Source of the DNA: Octopus vulgaris | Lineage: Eukaryota | Assembly (NCBI GenBank): GCA_951406725.2 | Contig: OX597821.1 | Span: forward strand, 80,352,001 to 80,416,000 | DNA: 64,000 nt | Direction of reading: 5' to 3' | Part shown: piece after piece, positions 14,010 to 27,448 of the stretch | Position numbering within the stretch: the stretch's first letter is position 1 | How the letters are laid out: the number at the start of each line of letters is the position of its first letter | The notes under the pieces: model-generated | What the model saw: the letters and a program-made list of their open reading frames with translations, nothing else | Told to the model about the DNA's origin: nothing | The model's database searches: none | Translations under genes and position numbers: made by a program

Positions 14010-14291
14010 CCAACCGTATGGTTTTCGGGTTCAATCATGCTACGTGGCACCTTGCGCAAGACACTTTATTTCACGTTGCACCAGTCCACCCAGCTGGCAA
14101 CATTGAGTGTACCTGTATTTCAAAGGGCCAGCCTTGTCACACTCTTTGTCACGCTGAATCTCCCTGAGAACTACGTTAAGGGTACATGTGTCTGTGGAGT
14201 GCTCAGCCACATGCACGTTAATTTCTCGAACAAGTTGTTCCGTTGATCAGATCAACTGGAACCTTCGTCGTCGTAGTCGACGGAGTGCCGG
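14010..14291 (+). mobile_element. Degenerate SINE related to family C
   Basis: Shares tttcacgttgcaccagtccacccagctggcaa with 6884-7137. Confidence 0.6.
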
Positions 14292-14329
<38 letters not shown>

Positions 14330-14332
<3 letters not shown>

Positions 14333-14624
14333 CGTGACCGACCAGGCTATCAGATGTTGCTACACATCGCTGGTCACAATGCGTTTTGCAATGTTTAAGC
14401 CTTCAAATGACGCCACCCCATTGGCTAAGCGAGCAGGCGAACAGAAGAAAGCGTGAGAGAACGTTGTGGCGAAAGGGTACAGCAGGGACCCCACCCCTGT
14501 CGGAGCCTCGTGGAGCTTTAGGTGTTTTCGCTCAATAAACACTCACAACGCCCGGTCTGGGAATCGAAAGTGCGATCCTACGACCGCGAGTCCGCTGCCC
14601 TAACCACTGAGCCATTGCGCCTCC
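14330..14624 (-). mobile_element. tRNA-derived SINE family D
   Basis: Head ggaggcgcaatggctcagtggttagggcagcggactcgcgg; near-identical to 39195-39478(+). Confidence 0.85.
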
Positions 14625-15067
14625 ACACACACACGCACACATATATATATATATATACAGTAGCTCATACACATATTTTGGTAACGAGTGTGTGAGAGAG
14701 AGCGAGAGGGAGAGGTAGACTTTTAGACAGACAGACAGACAGACAGACAGAAAGGGAATAAATTGTGAGTATGAGAGTTAACATGGAAGTGTAGGTTGTA
14801 GCCTTCATTCGTGTGCCGCTTTAACGCCGCCACCTGACATTTTAAGCACCTTTAAAAGATTCCATGCAGTTGTAATTATTCGGCCCTTGCTTCCTCTCTC
14901 TGAATATATAAGTTTATATCTCGCTATTTTACTTCCTACTCTAGAAACACCAATCGTCGTGTCTTCCTTTCTCGCTCCACCCCAGCAATCTTGAAGGTCT
15001 TGCATAAAGTTTACGGGTGCTACCCTTCTTCCTGTGACTAAGCCATGAAAATTGTATGCCTATCTAT

Positions 15068-15152
<85 letters not shown>

Positions 15153-15215
15153 GATGGATAGCTAGTTAGAAAGATAGTTATAGATACACAAATATTAAAA
15201 TGCATATGTGTACAC

Positions 15216-15381
15216 AGGCGCAGGAGTGGCTGTGTGATAAGTAACTTGCTTACTAACCACATGGTTCCGGGTTCAGTCCCACTACGTGACACCTTGAGCA
15301 TGTGTCTTCTACTATAGCTCCGGGCCGACCAAAGCCTTGTGAGTGGATTTGGTAGACGGAAACTGAAAGAAACCCTTCGTA

Positions 15382-15461
<80 letters not shown>

Positions 15462-15682
15462 CGTGTGTTTGTGTGTCTATGTCTGTCCCCCAACATCGCT
15501 TGACAACCGATGCTGGTGTGTTTACGCCCCCGTCACTTAGCGGTTCGACAAAAGACACCGATTGAATAAGTACTAGGCTTACAAAGAATAAGTCCTGGGA
15601 TCGATTTGCTCGACTAAAGGCGGTGCTCCAGCATGGCCACAGTCAAATGACTGAAACAAGAAAAAGAGTAAAGAGTAAAGTG
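15216..15682 (+). mobile_element. Full-length SINE family A with internal (TA)n/(TG)n tract
   Basis: tRNA-like head (ggagtggctgtgtg..ggttcagtccc), CORE-like gaccttgagcatgtgtctt, internal microsatellite, (aagagta)n tail; more than 15 partial or full copies in the window. Confidence 0.9.
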
Positions 15683-16019
15683 TATGCATACATACATACA
15701 TACATACATACATACATACATACATACATACATACATACATACATACATACATACATACATACATACATACGCGTGTTGGTGTACACGCACACTTTTAAA
15801 TATACACATGTGTGTGTACTGTATATTAAGGGCGACATTACCAATGAGTCATTTTCTGTTTACGAGAGTATAATAGATTGTGATTTGAGAAGAATTTGGT
15901 TGCTATATCTAGCAGGTTGATTGACCGCACAACAACTCCTTCATTGCATCTAATATATAGTTTTATTTTATTATTGCAGGAAAATGCAACATTGAATGAA
16001 ATCATCGTCTAGTAATTAA

Positions 16020-16641
16020 GTTTCCAAAAAGTTTTCCTTGTTCTCGACACAATCAAGGAAATCTTGTGCAACTGAAATCTGAGAGCTGTTATGGTCAGTT
16101 GAAAACAATTTTGGCACAATCTTGGCAGACACGCATCACACACCCAAATCTTCAGTGATAATGGACTGAACTGAACCTTAACTAATCCGCACATCCTCTG
16201 ATAACTCACAGATTGTGATTTGTCGATTTCGCCTCACAGTTGCACGCTCATCTACGATCTTTTTCTCAGTTCTGCTAGTTGGAGATCTCCCAGAACGTTC
16301 GTCAATATCGATATCATTTTGACTAACTTGGAAACGTCTGAACGACTCGTACACTTGTGTGCGGCTCATACACTCCTCTCCATACACTTTCTGCAACTTT
16401 GCGTTGCCTCTGAGAAGGTATCGCCGTGACAGCTTTTTCTGTCATAGTCAATGCGACGATCACACGCTACACACCTTCCTTCCAAGTACTGCTGTAAACA
16501 GCTGAAATGGGATAGAACGTTAATACTTTGTGCGCATGCACAGCAGAGTTGAAGGTCAATCTTTGCACAGCAGCTTTACTCTGCGTGCTTTAGCTTCGTT
16601 ACTATGGCAACAGTCCGGATACTTATTGATCAGACCTCGTA
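16020..16641 (-). mobile_element. Mariner 5' fragment (TIR plus HTH region), decayed
   Basis: TIR tacgaggtctgatcaataagtatccggactg; QKVYGEECMSRTQVYE..DERSGRSPTS. Confidence 0.85.
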
Positions 16642-17140
16642 AGGGGAGTGTAGGTCACTTTTTCTTTCGTACACTCATAGGGATGAATCCATCGTTTGCC
16701 ACACGCAATTGACTGATAAGACTTAATACCGGTCTTATCAGTTAAGACTTGAACGCCAATCTTATCGCTTGCTTCGCTATTGATACGTTATGATAAGTCG
16801 TTCACATGTACAGTAAATATATGAACAGTTAAGTATACAAGATGTATATGTGCCTGTGTATGTATGAGTGCATATATATATATGTGTGTGTGTGTGTGCG
16901 TGTGTGTGTGTGTGTGAGTATATATATATACACATATCCGTATCTATATCTATGTCATTCTCTCATACTTATATACGTGTGTGTACACACACATATACAC
17001 ACACATATACACACACACGTACACAAACACACACACACACGCACATACATGCGCCTTGTTTTCGTCTGTTGAAATTCGTCTGAGAGTCTGGTGAATTCTA
17101 ATCGAAGGAAATAGTCTTGACTTGTAAGAATCATCATTTA

Positions 17141-17183
<43 letters not shown>

Positions 17184-17658
17184 GTGTGTCTGCGTGTGTG
17201 TGTGTGTGTGTGTGTCTGTGTGTGTCTGTGTGTGTAATTAGGAGATGCTGTCTTTCAAAGAAGTTAAATCAAAAATACGATTATGTTCAGCTTTGCAATT
17301 TTATGTAGTTTTATGAAGGAGTTGTATTTTCTTATAAGCTCTTTGACACTGGTTTCGATCAATAACATTCCTAAATCTTTTAACTTGATATTTCAACATT
17401 TTCACAATTTAACTGATACAAATAATGACTGATATAAGTGAAAGAATAAAAGAATACACATAAACTCACACACACATACACATGTATATTTTGTTTTGGG
17501 ATTTGGTTTGCAAAATTCTTTATGTGAGTTCGTGCGTTGAAGTACATTTTGTTGTACCTGAGGAGAGGCATTGTCGTTTAGTTCCTTATTATTTAACACA
17601 CTTTGTCAAATAATATGGCAGTAAAAGAGAATGACTCCCTAGACACAACAATGTATGC

Positions 17659-17697
<39 letters not shown>

Positions 17698-17700
<3 letters not shown>

Positions 17701-17885
17701 ACCATGATAGATCGTTAGCCACTACACACATTTTTTCTCTCCTTGTTTTTTCTGTGTCCCTATCTGTAGAAGAGCGTAGGCTCGAAACGTAAAGGACTTT
17801 TTCTATTCCTGAGCGTTATACTAATACATCTGTTTGTTTTGTACACCACCTGTCTTCGTCTTTTGTTTTTTCGTAAACTCTCCCT
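17698..17885 (+). mobile_element. Family H2 element, best-preserved copy
   Basis: (TA)n on both sides; homologous to five other copies in the window. Confidence 0.8.
17756..17797 (+). ncRNA. Minimal hammerhead-like motif with A6U core
   Basis: gtccctat CTGTAGA A GAGC gtag GCTC GAAA CG TA aaggac. Confidence 0.6.
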
Positions 17886-17919
17886 ATATATATATATATA
17901 TATATATATACATACACAT

Positions 17920-18327
17920 ACAGGGAGGCAATTTTTATATTCAACATAATTGTGTGTTAGAATACAAAATACTAGGTTATTTAGTTTGGGAAGACCCCTC
18001 AGAGGGGCTCGGGTTGTATAAAAGTATCTATAATACTTCCAGTGTTATTAATTATGTTTTAATAAGCCCTCTGGTTATTTGCGACGTCACCGCTTGAATA
18101 GCTACTGAAATTCTTTACATTCTTGATTGGGAGACTCGGCTTTTTTGTCTGCTACGATGGAGCCCAGGCAGGGCGAAATCATGTGACCTGGCTGTTTCAG
18201 TGTCCGTAGTAGACGGCTGCCGTCTGTCAACGATATACGTACAAGTGCTTTTATGCACCGCTAGTCCATATCAGAAATACTCTCACGGTAAATAATGCGG
18301 TATTCAATGTTCTAACACTATGCCCAC

Positions 18328-18330
<3 letters not shown>
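17920..18330 (+). mobile_element. Degenerate H1-like element
   Basis: TA-flanked; GCCC aggca GGGC GAAA stem II remnant at ~18162-18178; 3' gcaccgctagtcca motif. Confidence 0.4.
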
Positions 18331-18371
<41 letters not shown>

Positions 18372-18569
18372 CGTGTCTGTGGTGCGTGTGTCTGTTTGAG
18401 TGTACGCGCATATTTCTCTTGGGTTGAAAGAAAGTGCTTATGTTAAATCATGTGCAATTAATGAATTGCAGTGTCACTCCCTCCTCTCCTCCCTCCTCTT
18501 TTCACTTCACTGTATCCCAGTCATTTTTTTCTCGCCCCTTCTTAATTCTTCTGTCCCTCTTCCTCTACC

Positions 18570-19054
18570 CCTCTCTCTCTTCTCTTCCCACGTGACCGGT
18601 GTTCCGCCAAGCCTGACCTTTCTTTGTTGGTTCGGCCGCCGTCCGTGCAACATCTATATTCCTACCTGTGTCTGTGAAATCATGATCCCTCCCGTAAGGC
18701 TTTATTTCCACACACGCCAGCCTAATTTAATTCGTCCTTAGTCGAAAGATACCTGTTGTTATGTCCTGGTATTTGAATTCGTGTAACATTCTCCGGTTTT
18801 TTCCGTCCTTGTTTTTGTATACATTCTTCCGAGGAATCTAGTGCTCTTAGCTTAATTTTTCCTTGGGGCTAGCCAGATTGGAAGAATCTCGAGTATAACC
18901 AGCCGAAATTGCAAAGATAATATGGAACTCGACTAAGGAAAGTAAACTCCGAATGCCCCGTCCTTGTTTTCTTTATATCGTCTATCTGGATGCTTTGTTG
19001 TCCCTTTTTGGTATCACCTAACCGTCTGGATGTTTTGCGTTCTTTCGTATTTTG

Positions 19055-19061
<7 letters not shown>
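18570..19061 (+). mobile_element. Microsatellite-flanked non-coding repeat family H3
   Basis: Homologous to 33337-33640(+) and 39890-40400(-), e.g. tacattc..ttcc..gaaatctaatgctcttagctta..ggggct. Confidence 0.7.
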
Positions 19062-19153
<92 letters not shown>

Positions 19154-19234
19154 TTTATCGAGAGTTTCATAACTTTATTGACAATAGACGAGTGTTTTGT
19201 TAAATGATGAACTTGGGAAAAAGAGAACTATGTC

Positions 19235-19339
19235 AACATCATTAACACCTCCACCACAATAATCATCATTATTATCATCAGCACCACTGCCACCACCACC
19301 ACCAACGCCGCCACCATCACCACCATCATAATCATCATT

Positions 19340-19407
<68 letters not shown>

Positions 19408-19830
19408 GCCAACTGCTATCACAAATGTAATCCTGTACTACTGCCGTCAGCATCACTATCACCATCATCACTACTGAAACTAACGTAACAACAAACACAG
19501 TCAACATCATCATCACCATCACAATTATCACCTAAAGTACCAACACTACCACCACTACCAACATGATCACCAACAGCAGTACCACCACCATCATCATTAC
19601 CACCACCTCCACCATCATCACCATCACCACCACCACCACCATCATCAACACAACCGTCACCACCACAACCACAACCACCACTCTCATCACCACCACTACC
19701 ATCACTACCATCACCAACATCACCAACACCACCACCACCACCACCACCACCAACACCACCAAAACCACAACCACCACCACCTACTATCCCCCCCCCATCA
19801 TTACTACTACTACTACTACTACTACAACCA
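19235..19830. repeat. (CAT)n/(CAC)n/(CTA)n low-complexity tract
   Basis: Seen directly in sequence. Confidence 0.95.
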
Positions 19831-20210
19831 GTGACTTGTTTAAAAAATCTAACAAGGAAATCATAGCTGAATTAGTGTAACATAAATATTGTTCTGGAAA
19901 TAATTGCACCTGGAGAATCCCAGCTAGAAAAATATTTTTTGAAGCAAAACAACGTGTCCGTGCGTGTGTGTGTGTGTGTGCGCGCGTATGTGTGTCTGTG
20001 TGTATGTGCGTGTGCGTATGCGTATGTATGTGTTCATGTGTGTGCGTATGTGTATGCGTTCATGCATGTGCGTATGTGTGTGATTATATATATGTATATA
20101 TATATATATTTGTGCATACATGTGTGTGTATGTATGCGTATATATAAATATATATACATATATATATATATATATGTGTGTGTGTGTATGCACATATATT
20201 TATGTATTTA

Positions 20211-20242
<32 letters not shown>

Positions 20243-20495
20243 CGCACACACGTATATATACGTATATACATATATATACACATATATATCTATACATACA
20301 TACAAATATATATGTATATATATATATATACATATATATGTATACATATATATATACACACATACACACACACAAACATATATATATATATCAATATACA
20401 TATATATATATATATATATAGATATATATATATACATATACATATATTATGTATATACATATATGTATATATATGTATATGTATACATATACATA

Positions 20496-20625
<130 letters not shown>

Positions 20626-20982
20626 CACACACACATATATATAGGGGTTTCGAAAATGATGGGAATACTGCCTGATTTGGATGGCAATGAAACAAAAGTA
20701 AATGAGTAGAATGCAAACAACAACCAAACAAAAGTAGAAAAGAAAAAAAAATCCCCTTCGCAAGGAAAATGAACTCACGACCTGGTACGAAAGCAACAGC
20801 ATCAGCATCAACAACAAGCCTTAGTAGTGAATACAATAACAGCAGTAATAAATAATATACACACACACATGTATATATATATATATATATATACATATGA
20901 GTGTGTGTGCGTGTATATATACTTACATATGTATACATACACACATTCACACACACACAGACACACACGCACACACACACAG

Positions 20983-21014
<32 letters not shown>

Positions 21015-21152
21015 ACACACACACACACAGCTTAAATTTCTTAATGTGTATTCCTTAATTTTTTGAAACGTTATTGAGAAATAATCTATATTTATTACTG
21101 CTTAAATACGTGTTTGTCTTCCGGTCCGTCTATCAGTCAACTTTTCTCTCTT

Positions 21153-21183
<31 letters not shown>

Positions 21184-22059
21184 ATCTCCCTCCCTCAGTC
21201 TCCCTCTGTGTGTGTATGGGTGAGTGTCGGCGTACGTGTGTGTATAAATATATGTGTATGACCTCTCCACTAATCGACCGACCGACTAACTGATAAACTA
21301 ATCGACCTACACACACACACAACACACACACACACACACAACAAACATACACTCACATGCATACATGCATGTATGTGCGAATGCATATCTATATCTATAT
21401 GTATAAGTGTGTATATGTGTATGTGTGTGCGTGCATGTGTTTTAGATACACGCATACACTCACACACACACACGCACATATATATACAAGTGAACAGACA
21501 CACATACACACGTACACACGTACACAAACACGAGTCACGTTCAAAACTTGAATGCTTAGCGAAGGGTTCATATTAGTTAGTGATTCTGGTATCAGGATTA
21601 TTATGCACGTCATGAATTCTTTGCCATTCTTCAACAATTCGTTTTCGGGGTAAACGAATTGGTAGAGGAATTGTTTAGTGTCACTATGGCCCGGGAAGGG
21701 GGTTCTGAGGCCTACAGGTGTACAAATTAGACGTATTCTATATACTGACCAGGTTTAGAAATAGTTCTTTAATCCGAAGTTTTGCGGTTTATGCTATTTT
21801 GATAGATCATGTGTTTAACCACATTTTAACAACATTTCTGGTCAAATTCATTAACTTTCTTTTAATCAATTTAGAAAGAAAAAGAAAAGGAAGAATTTAG
21901 GAAACTACTTAGTCCTTTTGGGGTCTATAAAATAAGTACAACCTGCCCACTGGAGTCGATGGAATAGACTTGATCCCACCACCTCTAAAATTGTCGGCCT
22001 TGTGCCAGAATTTGAAACCAATATTTAACAAATCGTCACGTGCAAGGTAAACAGCGAGA

Positions 22060-22535
22060 TTCAAGACGATTCCTTACATATTTATTCTTAGTAGATTCCG
22101 GCAGATTCGAACGGGAACATGCTAATCGCTGTTGTCTTCATCACAGAAGAACGACTTCTTCTTTACGATTAGTGCGTGTTCATATCACACTCGATTCATT
22201 AACGCAAGAGATTCTAGGACACCAGAGTTTCGGCATGTTTGCACTACGGATCAATGGATCTAACAAGAGCCGATGGTCTTGTTTATAATTTCGGTGAACA
22301 GTTTCGTCGTTGATTTCCACTGATATCTATCAACCGGTTAATAAATCGACATATTCCCGGTGACGAAAGACATGTTGAAACACGTGTCTGAGAATCCCTT
22401 GCACTAATGAATCAAGTATCTTATAAACACATATTCGTAGTAAAGCAGAAGTCGTTCTTCTGTGACGAACACGACAGGGATTAGCGTATTCACATTTGAA
22501 TCTGCCGGAATATATTAATAGATATGCAAGTCATC
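22060..22535. mobile_element. Old fold-back element with degenerate hammerhead in the loop
   Basis: Diverged inverted arms at ~22075-22185 and ~22425-22530; 22353-22395 reads attcccg GTGACGA aagacatgtt GAAA CACGTG TC tgagaat. Confidence 0.6.
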
Positions 22536-22872
22536 ATGTTAATATTTAAATGCAATCTTGAGTTGGTGAGGTGGAAGAACCGTTAACACGCCGGGGAAAG
22601 TGTTTAGCGGCATTTCATCTGTCTTTACGCTCTGTGTTCAAATTCATTAAATAAGTACCAGCTGAACACTGGATTTGATGTAATTGGCTTAACCCTTCCT
22701 TCGAAACCATTGCTCTTGTGCCAATTTGAAACCAACATTTATATACCATTCTAAATGTAGATCTTGGTAAACTGTGCTCTTACAGTAAACCTTGCAATAC
22801 TTTAACAGAAAGGTTAACTCCCCTTCCTCCCCATACTGCTTGTCTTAATACACTTAATGACATTATAAGCTG

Positions 22873-22917
<45 letters not shown>

Positions 22918-23369
22918 ACCGTGTGAGCAACTTTTTAATCGTGCTGCTAATTACAGTATAAAATGGTTTTAAAATAGGATACATTATATACAAAATAATA
23001 CTAACATAACATAGTTATGTTAAATGTTCGTTTTAATACTGCTACACTCTTCTTAAGTTTTTATATAAATATTCCCACACCCTGACAATAAATATTACAA
23101 GATTTTCAAAAAAGAAAAAGAAACAGAGTAAAGATTAGTTACATTTGTACCAAAGACTTTGCTACTTCCGCAGAATAATATAAGCAGAAGCAATTTTACT
23201 AGCTTCAACTTGTAAAATGTTATCTCTTTATGAAATTGTAAATAATTCACCAATCCTTCTCTCAATGGCGTATCTCTTTCAAAAAACATTACGTATTTAC
23301 AGAAAAGGTCTCCACTACTGTGAGTTAGTCTCATTGAAAATCATTTAAAGGAACAGATTTATCGTTTAT

Positions 23370-23672
23370 AGAAGCGCAGGTATAGCTTTGTGGTTAAGAA
23401 GCTCGCCTTGCAATCACGTGGTTTCGATTTCGGTTCCACTGCGCAGAACCTTGGCCCAGTATCTTCTATTATCGTTCTGAGCCGATCAGTGCCTTGTGAG
23501 TGAATTTGGTAAACGGAAACTGTGAGCAAGCCCGTCGGATATACGTGTGTGAATTGTTGTTTTTGTGTTTGTCCCCACCACTCACCACTCGATAACCGGT
23601 GATGGTTTGTTGACACCTTGTAACCTAGCGATTCGGCAAAAGGGCACGAAATTGGGGTCGATTCGTTCAACT
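23370..23672 (+). mobile_element. Diverged SINE family A
   Basis: Recognisable head, core and 3' region. Confidence 0.7.
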
Positions 23673-24099
23673 AAGCCTTTGTTTGCAAGTATTCGTCTTG
23701 TTTGCTACGACTCTCTCATTTTTGTTTTGAGGTCTCAATAAAAGTTTGTCCATGTTTAAATCTAAAACTAAAAACCGATTAAAATTAAAATAAGATAATT
23801 TATGTAAATTATGAATAAATCAAAAATTAAAAACTTCTAGGACTACTAAACAATTTACTTACAGACAATTCCGGTTTGAATATAGAAATGTAATATATCC
23901 TTTTCTACTCTAGGCACAAGGCCCGAAATTTTTTTGAGGGGGAGGGGTACAGTCGATTAGATTGACTCCACTACTCAACTGGTACTTAATTTATCGACCC
24001 CGAAAAGACTTCGGCGGAATTTCAACGGCGGCAGTTGTTAACATCGGGTCTAATACGAAAGACGTGTCGCGTGTCGCATCTTCTGCTATATTTTTTATT

Positions 24100-25590
24100 T
24101 GTGATCTAAGCAAAATAAAGGAGCATCAATTTCTTTGGAGACCAAGATCAGTATTTTAGATCGTCTTCGTAAGGAAGAAAATGCAGCGGCGGCCTTGGGT
24201 AGAGCTTTCTGCCTGAACAAAGCTACGATAAGAACGTTCAAAAGGAAGGATGCTGCCATTAGAAGATCTCTAGCTTCTGGAAGAAAATTATCTGCCAAAT
24301 CGTCGTCATATGCAAGAGACATGATTCAAGAAAAAAAAATGGAGAAAACTTTAATGATAAGGATAGAAGAAAACGATCAAAAAAGGATGCCAGTAGATAG
24401 TAAAACCATAAAACAGACGAATGTGCATTCAGCTGTCGAGTGATAAAAAGAAGATTGGATTTGCTGCAAGTACGAGATGGCTTACAAAACTCCTCGAAAG
24501 ATACGCACTGCATAATATAAAAATGAGAGGCGAAATTACATGGGCAGATTAAACTGCTGCTGAAGAATTTCTTCCAAAATTAGCCAAAATGATTGTAGAA
24601 GGCGGTTACATTTCAGACCAAGTTTTCAACACAAATGAAACTGGTCTCTTTTGGAAAAAAATGCCAAACAGAACATTATATCCAGTGAGCATTTGAATAT
24701 ATTATAGATGAACTAGTAAAAGATGGTATACTTTCAATCATTCAAGCATGGAAAAAATTTATTATAATTAATTGTGTTAAAAATGCTGCCCTAGTTTTAT
24801 CCAAATTAAAGCCATCCACCCTAAATGCCTGCTGGAGATCACTTTGGCCAGAATGTGTAGAGCCTAAAACTCTCGAATATAATATGCTGAGACCCCCTTT
24901 GGTCATGGTTGACCGTGAGATTGCACCTAGAAAGTTACCCTCCCAGACACAAAACCGGGCAAGGTTGTTTATGGAAGACTAGCAATCACCCATGAATACC
25001 GACCTCCCCTCTCCACGCCACCAGTGTTATCCAAGGGAAAGGCAAAGGGGCCGATACAGCTTGACACCTGTGACGTTGTAACTCATTTCTACTGCTGAGT
25101 GAACTGGAGCAACACGAAATAAAGTGTCTTGCTCAAGAACAGAACACGCAGCCCGGTTCGAGATTCAAAGTCACAACCTCACGATCGTAAGCTCGACGCT
25201 CTAACCACTGAGCCATGCGCCTTCACCGAATCTAATATAAATATGAACAAATTACATTCTGATATCATCACTTTGTCACATCAGATTGGCAGAGAAGGTC
25301 TTTCAAGAATTAACAATTGACGAAGCTCCTACTGAAGAACAAATTATAGAGAGTATTTCAGAAACTGTATATGATTCCACGGGTGTTTATAGTAGTGATG
25401 ATGAAGAAGTTGTTCCACTATCTGCGAGTACAATTCTAGAAGGCCTCCAAAGAGCCAGTGAGCTTGGAAACCATTTTCTTACAAATGACAACAATGTTGA
25501 ACGAGCTGTGCAATTCCAAAGTGATTTGAAAATGATTATGGCACGTTATGAAGAATCATATACAGAACTAACAAAAACAAAATGACAGTA
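24100..25590 (+). pseudogene. Decayed Tigger/pogo transposase, internally deleted and interrupted by a SINE
   Basis: ISLETKISILDRL..ATIRT (psq-like HTH), MEKTLMIRIE (CENP-B HTH), FAASTRWL..HNIKMRGE, GYISDQVFNTNETGLFWKKMPNRT. Confidence 0.85.
24886..25226 (-). mobile_element. tRNA-derived SINE inserted in the Tigger relic
   Basis: Head gaaggcgcatggctcagtggttagagcgtc; 12-bp TSD cgaat(a/c)taatat at 24874-24885 and 25227-25238. Confidence 0.8.
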
Positions 25591-26389
25591 TCTGATAACC
25601 GAATTCGTATTCAAAACCAGTGAAACAAAAGAAACACTAGATTCTAATTTTATTTCAAGATACACATGAAGATATATCGCCTTTAAATATTTCCAGTGAC
25701 CAGAGTGATTTTGCGTCACCGAAAAACAACAGAAAGCGGGCACGTTTACTGCCTAGTAGTGACACTGAATGACTGAATGATTGCGTTATATATATATAAG
25801 AAACGAATAATAATAATAATAATAATAAAGCAGAATGCTAAACTGAAATCAAATTTCAATATAAATGGGTGTAAGAAAGATTAAAAAAGGAAATCAAACC
25901 GGCTTTGATCGCAAGGCAAATTTTCAAGATGAGGAAGGGGGAAAAAATTTATAATGTTTTTTCAAAAAAATAATAAATATATACAAAAATTAATAAATAA
26001 GTATACCAATACATCATAGTGTCTTTAAGCTTTTAAAGTTCAATATTATTCCATGGAAAAACTTTTTTGGCGGATTAGGATGTATGTATTTTAGTGTAGT
26101 GTTTTGTTCGAGAAGGTTGGATGTTTATGTGTCAAAACAGGAAATGGGGTAGGAGTTATCCAGTTCCTGTGAATAAAGGGAAACAATTCTGTGGATTTTA
26201 TACTCTTTAATTGGAATGCTGAATTTTTTGCCAACCAAGATGCTTATATCTATTTTTTGTTAAACAGTTTGCTAGAAAAAGGATTTCAGTTTAGCATTCT
26301 GCCTTATTATTATTTTTTTCCTTTCCCATCATTTCCCCACGTGCGGTTAACACAACCCCACCATTTACTGACTTACATATATATATATA

Positions 26390-26980
26390 TAAAATTGAAT
26401 AAGGGTAGAAATTGATATTAATCAATTAAAACCAGTGGCTTAGCATATAAAAAAAAAATCCGAAGATTAAAATATTTTTTACATACAAAATTTAAAGGAC
26501 TGACCACTAAAAGTGGACGGTCAATATGCTAGATATAGACGTCAAAATCGCTATTTTCCACGAAGAATGTGTTCTCAAGAAAAAACTCAGCACAAAACCA
26601 AAGCGTAAAAAATAAGCAAGACAAATGAAAAAATGAAGGCATTTGAAAGATAAACATAAATATAATTTGTTGAACTCTATGCATACGGGACTCCAGTCAA
26701 GCGTTATGTATCTAGTTCTGGAAATTATGTTTGTATACGACAGACTATGCTGATGAGCTTCCAGATTTTCGCGTATGCATATACGTGAATATTAACAAGT
26801 GAAACTGATCGGTACATAGGTAATCGTTTTTATTTCGTATATTTTCATTTGTCTTGCTTATTTTTAATGCTTTGGTTTTGTGCTGAGTTTTTTCTTGAGA
26901 ACACATTCTTCGTAGAAAATAGCGATTTTGACGTCTATATCTAACATATTGACCGTCCACTTTTAGTGGTCAGTCCTTTA

Positions 26981-26986
<6 letters not shown>
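26390..26986. mobile_element. Fold-back family H1 element with hammerhead ribozyme
   Basis: About 145-bp inverted arms at 26487-26631 and 26842-26986; (TA)n flanks; similar to the 9.4-kb copy. Confidence 0.82.
26745..26819 (+). ncRNA. Type I hammerhead ribozyme motif
   Basis: CTATG CTGATGA GCTT..(long loop)..AAGT GAAA CTGATCGG TA CATAG. All core bases canonical, near-palindromic stem III, GUA triplet. Confidence 0.88.
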
Positions 26987-27026
<40 letters not shown>

Positions 27027-27047
27027 GCATGTATGTATTTATGTATG

Positions 27048-27111
<64 letters not shown>

Positions 27112-27112
27112 A

Positions 27113-27208
<96 letters not shown>

Positions 27209-27414
27209 ATATATGTGTGTGCATTAATAAAAAATTCAATTTATTTGTATACGAAAATTAACATTTTTTCATTAGATATATTTAGATGAAATATATCCCT
27301 AATTTTCATATGTACACTATATTTATTTTGCACTGTAGTCCCTGGAATGTCTCTCTTGTGCAAAAAGAGAATTGAGTTTATATATGTATAAAAAGTGGCT
27401 ACGAATATATATAT

Positions 27415-27447
<33 letters not shown>

Positions 27448-27448
<1 letters not shown>

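Noticed and set aside
19175-19880. Poly-Thr/Asp/Val mucin-like ORFs
   Set aside because: Trinucleotide low-complexity DNA that is open in several frames on both strands, with no supporting splice or domain context.
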